Origin: a virus
Lineage: Duplodnaviria; Heunggongvirae; Uroviricota; Caudoviricetes
Strand: one strand, 5' to 3'
Virus record (IMG/VR): IMGVR_UViG_3300019867_000001
Coordinates: 1-29,243 of that record
Length of the DNA: 29,243 bases
Shown: positions 24,901-29,243 of the stretch, piece after piece
Numbering within the stretch: the first letter of the stretch is position 1
Layout: every line of letters begins with the position of its first letter
The notes under the pieces: model-generated
What the model was told of the DNA's origin: nothing
The model's database searches: none
The model's input: the letters and a program-made list of their open reading frames with translations, nothing else
Made by a program: the position numbers and the translations under genes

Positions 24901-27900
24901 ATCAATATGTCCAGAAGCGCCTGATGTTTCTTTTAATCTGTTATTTATAAGTTTAATACGTTCTGCTAAAACTTCCATATTTTTGAAGGATTCTGGATCA
25001 GAAGCAAATAATACACTAGCTTCAATTGTTAAATCTACACCTTTTAATTTACCTTCAACTTCAGTTAAACTTTTAACAAAAGCATTTACTCTATCTTCAC
25101 GCCATTGCATTTTATCTACAAGATTAGAGAAATATTCAAATTCACTTGCTACATTTTCTAATGCATCAGCAAAAGGCTCTATATCGCTACGAGTTTCCCA
25201 TGTCCAACTTCTAGCTGCTTGTTGATAATTATGTAATGCTATTGTGTATCTTTCTAATGTTGGAGACCATACTCTATCTAAATTTGCAAACTCAGTACCA
25301 GGCTCTGCTACCTGAATAGCTGATGGCCTTTTAATTCTATCAACTATTTTTTGAATTTTAAGTGTTTGCTCAGAAGCATATATATGCGTTGGATCAAAAC
25401 GCCCTGTATCCATATTTTGTTTAACACGTCTTTCTTGCAAAATTCTTTTATATTGATCAGGTCCAACACCAAATTGACCTGTTAATTTATTTATTTTTAC
25501 AATATCTTCTTCTGTTCTTTGTGCAATTGTTAATAATGTTCTATGTGATATATTTGCAATATTAGAAACCCATGTTTGTTCTGCTTGTGCAAATTTATTA
25601 AGATCTTTTATTGAATTTTCTACATTAAAACGTTTTGAAGCTTCAGCTTTCTCTTTTATACGTTTTACTTGTTCGTCAGCTTCTCTAATACTCTTTTTCT
25701 GATCTTCACTCATAATATCAAATTTAAATTTCTGTTTTATACCTTTTTCAATTTCATCATTTAAGTTTTTTATGGCTTCTTTAAAAGATTCTTTAAATTT
25801 GTCATCAAGAGCTTCAAAATTCACCTTACTAAAATCAAGGCTAGAACCTTTAATCCCAACTTCTTCTAAAATTATTCTATTTTCTTTAGGTATTAATTTT
25901 CCATATTGTTCTGCTTGAGCTGAAATTCCTGTACCTAAACCTATAATTTCTTTGATTTTATGCCAAATACTGTTAAGTTTTTCTGAAAAACTGTCGCCTT
26001 CACCAAAGAAATACACAAGGAAAAAACCACCTAAGAATAATGTAGCAAGTCCTGCTACAAATCCTACTACACCTAAAAGTGTAAGACTAATTGCTGCTAA
26101 AGCAGTTTCAACTCCAGCTAAAGTTAAGCCAAGACCAGTCCATATACTACCTAATAACACCCCAATAGATGCTACACCTATTAGCACTTCCATTAATGAA
26201 CCACCTGACATTTGCATTCCTGCAAATGTTGCAATTGCTGCAATACCTAAAATAGTAAATGCTTTAGATGTAAATGCAAGTTTAATCCATAATTCCTTAA
26301 GCATAATCCCAAATGCTTGGAATGGATGCATTACTGAAAATGCTGCAGCTGCACCTATAGTTCTTGCAATTTCCATTCGAATCTTCCAAAGACCAACTAA
26401 GATTAATGGAATAGAAACTGTAGTAATAGCTATTGTCCAAAATGCAAATGGATTATCTGTAGCGAAAGTTTTAATAGTATCTAAAAATTCTCTAAATGTA
26501 TAAGTATATTGCTTTATTTCGCCTTGTGAACTAGTTGCAGCAGCTGCTATACCTACAAATGTTGCTAGGGCTAAGCCTATTAAAACCATTCTGCCAGTTT
26601 TGCCAAGTATTGCATTACCAATAATACCTAATGGACCAATTTTTGCTACTGTTAATAAATTCGCAGCTGAAGCAGCCGCGGCAGTAGTATTAACAGCAGC
26701 CATACCTGCAATTGCAGCAGTTTGCGATTGTACTACCGGAACATAATTAATTCCACCTGGAGGATAAAAAGGTACACTTTGCATTGCAGTATAAGCAGGT
26801 ACTATTGGCGGTACTGGTGCCACTGGAGGCCTAACTGCAGCATATCCAAGTGGTCTTTTAGCTAATTGAGCACTAAAAGATGCTTTCATTTGGCCAAACA
26901 TTGATTGATCACCAAACATACTACTGAATAGATTCGTACCAACGATAAATGTTCTGAGTTTTCCAATTTGAGTTATTATAAAAGTATACATCACCATAAA
27001 TTGCGCTTTTATTAAATCTAATGTTTGTTGTGTATTTGTTCCAAATAACATAACAGTCATAAAACTAACACCTTGCGCTGCATATGTTAAAAGTTGTGTT
27101 CTTACAGAATTAACCAAAATTCCTAATTGACCACTTAATAATGCATTACTAATACTGCTCCAATTAATTGTAGTAGCAGTATTTGCGATTAATGCACCTA
27201 TTTGAGTTGCACCAAATTGAGTTGCAACTGCGCGACCAATTATACCACGTAAATTTGCAATAGTAGTTGCTGTTAGATTAATCAAGTGCTGCACACCAGT
27301 TTGACCAAATAAAAGCACATATAATGCACCACTTGCTGCAAATACTTTAAGTACTTTAGAATCACCTAAAATGCCGTCAAATGCACCTAATAATGTTGCC
27401 GCAGCAGCCATTCCAGCATAAACACGTTCTATCCCCATAGCGCCAAATAACCATTGAAATACAAAACCACCACGTTGCCCCGATGCAAATGCTTGTAAGT
27501 AAAGAAGTGGAGCCATTACTCTAGCTCGAATTATAGCTGCAAATCCAACATTTAAAAACGATAATAATGAATTACCAAATAGATATATACCGATAATGCC
27601 AAATGCACCAGTAGTCCCAAGAAAATTTCCAATACTAAATAATGCTTTAATTGCACTTCCAATAGCAGGTAAACTCTGTAAAAATCCTTGTGTAAAACCA
27701 ACAATTACACTAGTAATTGCTTTTAAAATTTCAGGAATATCTTTTGCAAAAGAAATTACCCATTCACCTGTTATTTTACCTAAAGATTTACCTAGAGTTC
27801 GTGAGAAATTAACTCCAAAAATCTCACTAAATCTATCTGATACAACTAAAATACTCTCAACAAAATTATACGTAAGCCAAGCAACTATTGCAAATCTAAT

Positions 27901-29243
27901 AGTACTATTTGGTAAAAATAATAATGCAAGCACTGCACCTAAACCTGTTATAGCTGTTCTGATAATCGTTGCTGCATCTGCCATTGCAACTTTAAACGCT
28001 TTTGCCACTGCTTCTTTTAAACTTTCATAAATTCCTTCAAATTTACCTGAAGCAAATTTAAAGCTAAAATCAAGATCAGCTAATTTTTGTTTACTAAAAA
28101 TACTTTTAATAAAATCTTTAAATTTAGTCAACGGGACGCTAACACGTCCAGTAAGTTTATTTGCTTGATCTACTACACCATTCATTGTATCTGTCCACCA
28201 AGAATGACCTACTACTTTATCATATATATCTTTAAAATAATTAATTATATTCTTACTAAAATTATAAATAACAATTGCAACGATATCCAATACACTAACT
28301 GCAATTAATAAAATTTCAGTAAATATAATTAAGAAATTTCTTTTAAAAATATTAAAAGTAGAATTATTCCAAGGAAATTGATAGTTATCTAATTTATTAA
28401 TTTCTTTAAGTATATTCTTTTGTAAGGTATAACCTATTGCTGTACCAGCGCTATCTGTATCTAATTTAAGTTTACCGTAAAGATATAATAAATAACTTTC
28501 AAATTTTCCTATTGATTGCAATCCATAACTTAAATTTCTAATTGCTGTTTTAATTTTATCTGTAAATTTTTCTAAAGGCGTTCTATTATCAAATAAATCT
28601 GTTAATAAACTAAAATATCTAATAATCATACTTATAAAAACAGGTACACCTAACTCAAAAGTAAGAATTGTTATAAACCAATCTATTGAATTTGCAATAC
28701 TACTGATAATTCTTATTATTCTAGAACCAGCAGAATCAAGTAAATTTGCAAATGGTGTAAATGGCGTAGATTCTATTGCTTTAGATAATTTGTTTACTTT
28801 AGAGAATATTAATTTAAAACTAGACTCAATATCTTCAACAAAATCTTTAGTAGCTGAAATTACATTCTTAAATGTTCTCTTTCCAAAATCCTCAATTGCA
28901 TTCATTGTATCTGGCCAATACGAATGACCTACTACTTTATCATATATCTCTTTAAAAAATTCTATTACTACTTCTGCGAATTTTTTTATTTCTTCTAAAA
29001 TAACACTACCATTAAATCTTGGTAATTCTATTGCAGGAAAACTAACTTTAAAGAAATCCGAAATAATCTGACCTAAACCAATTAAAGCTTTTGTCACTAA
29101 GGCATTTGCTAATAATATTGCTTTATATAATTTAATAGGTAAATTTAAAACTAAATCTTCAATCATTATTTGGACTCTTATTATTGTTGGTCCAAGTATT
29201 TCTCTAACAATATTCCAAAGATTTGTAAATTGCATTTGAATAC
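21928..29243 (-). CDS. Tape measure protein (5'-truncated by window; >2435 aa)
   Basis: Very long helical Ala/Ile/Leu-rich ORF with TM-like stretches and C-terminal AEGGAIQGPGTGTSDSIPIMVSNNEFIINA. The frame stays open past the ATG at 29235 to the window edge. Confidence 0.92.
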   Translation of the reverse strand, partial: IQMQFTNLWNIVREILGPTIIRVQIMIEDLVLNLPIKLYKAILLANALVTKALIGLGQIISDFFKVSFPAIELPRFNGSVILEEIKKFAEVVIEFFKEIYDKVVGHSYWPDTMNAIEDFGKRTFKNVISATKDFVEDIESSFKLIFSKVNKLSKAIESTPFTPFANLLDSAGSRIIRIISSIANSIDWFITILTFELGVPVFISMIIRYFSLLTDLFDNRTPLEKFTDKIKTAIRNLSYGLQSIGKFESYLLYLYGKLKLDTDSAGTAIGYTLQKNILKEINKLDNYQFPWNNSTFNIFKRNFLIIFTEILLIAVSVLDIVAIVIYNFSKNIINYFKDIYDKVVGHSWWTDTMNGVVDQANKLTGRVSVPLTKFKDFIKSIFSKQKLADLDFSFKFASGKFEGIYESLKEAVAKAFKVAMADAATIIRTAITGLGAVLALLFLPNSTIRFAIVAWLTYNFVESILVVSDRFSEIFGVNFSRTLGKSLGKITGEWVISFAKDIPEILKAITSVIVGFTQGFLQSLPAIGSAIKALFSIGNFLGTTGAFGIIGIYLFGNSLLSFLNVGFAAIIRARVMAPLLYLQAFASGQRGGFVFQWLFGAMGIERVYAGMAAAATLLGAFDGILGDSKVLKVFAASGALYVLLFGQTGVQHLINLTATTIANLRGIIGRAVATQFGATQIGALIANTATTINWSSISNALLSGQLGILVNSVRTQLLTYAAQGVSFMTVMLFGTNTQQTLDLIKAQFMVMYTFIITQIGKLRTFIVGTNLFSSMFGDQSMFGQMKASFSAQLAKRPLGYAAVRPPVAPVPPIVPAYTAMQSVPFYPPGGINYVPVVQSQTAAIAGMAAVNTTAAAASAANLLTVAKIGPLGIIGNAILGKTGRMVLIGLALATFVGIAAAATSSQGEIKQYTYTFREFLDTIKTFATDNPFAFWTIAITTVSIPLILVGLWKIRMEIARTIGAAAAFSVMHPFQAFGIMLKELWIKLAFTSKAFTILGIAAIATFAGMQMSGGSLMEVLIGVASIGVLLGSIWTGLGLTLAGVETALAAISLTLLGVVGFVAGLATLFLGGFFLVYFFGEGDSFSEKLNSIWHKIKEIIGLGTGISAQAEQYGKLIPKENRIILEEVGIKGSSLDFSKVNFEALDDKFKESFKEAIKNLNDEIEKGIKQKFKFDIMSEDQKKSIREADEQVKRIKEKAEASKRFNVENSIKDLNKFAQAEQTWVSNIANISHRTLLTIAQRTEEDIVKINKLTGQFGVGPDQYKRILQERRVKQNMDTGRFDPTHIYASEQTLKIQKIVDRIKRPSAIQVAEPGTEFANLDRVWSPTLERYTIALHNYQQAARSWTWETRSDIEPFADALENVASEFEYFSNLVDKMQWREDRVNAFVKSLTEVEGKLKGVDLTIEASVLFASDPESFKNMEVLAERIKLINNRLKETSGASGHIDFVERIKDINASEVTKALINIEAIQTAEKNRYSPQDAAAKVAERVSFPVKPDVIRSLPTDFASMDIRKELAEFEKLQAASKNFILATKEYLPFLKPTDLELFRSGFANASKMVLDKQNELKDKIHKNSNDIIRILSLADLTGTDISPATIAAIGVRGLKARDLMMQELNKAKDALKATELGVSSIPPGTAAVSSEYKKMHPVADPTAAYVKAATDVYRFERRLQESIPPIKSFSDSLSQLSTYGLEINFEDWYKYDATELNNLIKKTDELAEVQRKLAHLGSREVDPEIRKKQSQDADETKRANARRSLEMKRWSATDMLQAIGTAGAQFNIKDISRISSPDFKNMILEAEEYAKIQQILGEKDSLKLPEEQLRAYALRVIAIEKNMTEQTLKYRNLSFNERLQDFSSAGLTIDLNTYFRLKPETIESYTQLADEINVLNTYLNMKDLSADAKFFLAVQLRAKKYDAFLENLKLENYTNKLSAITSAFGDLNIQGNEFAVLSVSAKIRLGQLADEYRDATEVLTKMGVEGQSSEAGKEANAAQVARLEEARKLMKAGRTYNTNIVDIFNQAGISVDKAAANLISASSLEKLKPDLNRMKKISGDLNTPGLVISEAARIAAQAEFDALEEGVVYKVKLLTMRPQELQSYKAGESFASSMSEAFSTAFKDSIQSGESTWQKVLSISHKLGNTFVKKITDTYIDGMVSTLFKPTGILDTLFKSIGSTLFSGGANSLIGTLLGGPDEKQLLVASNNKLITALESLKDSILRISGVTSSSGPSNYQTYTETNNPSAVSDYTETDIATPIEDSGEATVTAIKDSEHIQSRQLDEAKKATGALGNLSSLFGNSLIGNVLSGVNAVASTISSVGVIAKFMGTGAAEGGAIQGPGTGTSDSIPIMVSNNEFIINAKAAFKHRGLLEAINNNRLGKYATGGSVLASSDAMSLSLQDKTSNQQVFNINITGDISRQTRSEIQRMIPNIAVGVNAHNKERGNR
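28179..28965 (-). repeat. Internal duplication in tape measure gene (FK.IYDKVVGHS.W.DTMN), two copies 720 bp apart
   Basis: 28179-28245 vs 28899-28965 share GAATGACCTACTACTTTATCATATAT (26 nt identical) and TTCATTGTATCTG. Confidence 0.85.

Noticed and set aside
26461-26470. Self-target for array spacer GCGAAAGTG (8/9 match, GCGAAAGTT)
   Set aside because: The adjacent sequence does not match the partner spacer, and 8-nt matches are expected by chance. An exhaustive self-target search could not be done by eye.
434-28308. Plus-strand ORFs in the track (e.g. 2839..3216, 15334..15705, 24653..25225, 25952..26503, 27596..28030)
   Set aside because: They are antisense shadows of well-supported minus-strand genes, with no motifs or RBS support.
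28179-28965. Diversity-generating retroelement TR/VR pair
   Set aside because: Both copies are in frame within the tape measure gene, the differences are not adenine-specific, and no reverse transcriptase is in the window.
1-29243. Prophage integration or attachment site at the tRNA
   Set aside because: No integrase, no duplicated tRNA 3' end and no host-like genes in the window.

Overview
AT-rich tailed-phage (probably siphovirus-like, Gram-negative host) segment with essentially all genes on the minus strand. In transcription order (high to low coordinates) it holds a 5'-truncated tape measure gene (>2435 aa), distal-tail and tail-tip genes, a 1808-aa tail tip/central fibre and accessory late genes (a HExxH membrane protein and a DUF2829/Tad2-like protein). 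A holin / GH108 endolysin / Rz-Rz1 lysis cassette follows. Then comes ~11.7 kb of small accessory genes divided into five units by a repeated promoter motif. The standout is at 7722-9326: a Nop-domain (IS110 C-terminal-like) protein without RuvC/HNH nuclease motifs. Its stop codon runs straight into a 16-unit, ~36-nt-period array of two alternating 9-nt repeats separated by unique 9-nt spacers. This is the architecture of a TIGR-Tas (TasA-like) RNA-guided system. The array is followed by a long hairpin covering the ribosome-binding site of a minimal nucleotidyltransferase gene. Also seen: a tRNA-Leu(UAA) with a compensatory elbow swap, hairpin families with internally inverted cores, and several decaying genes. 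All protein assignments come from motif recognition by eye; no database searches were run.
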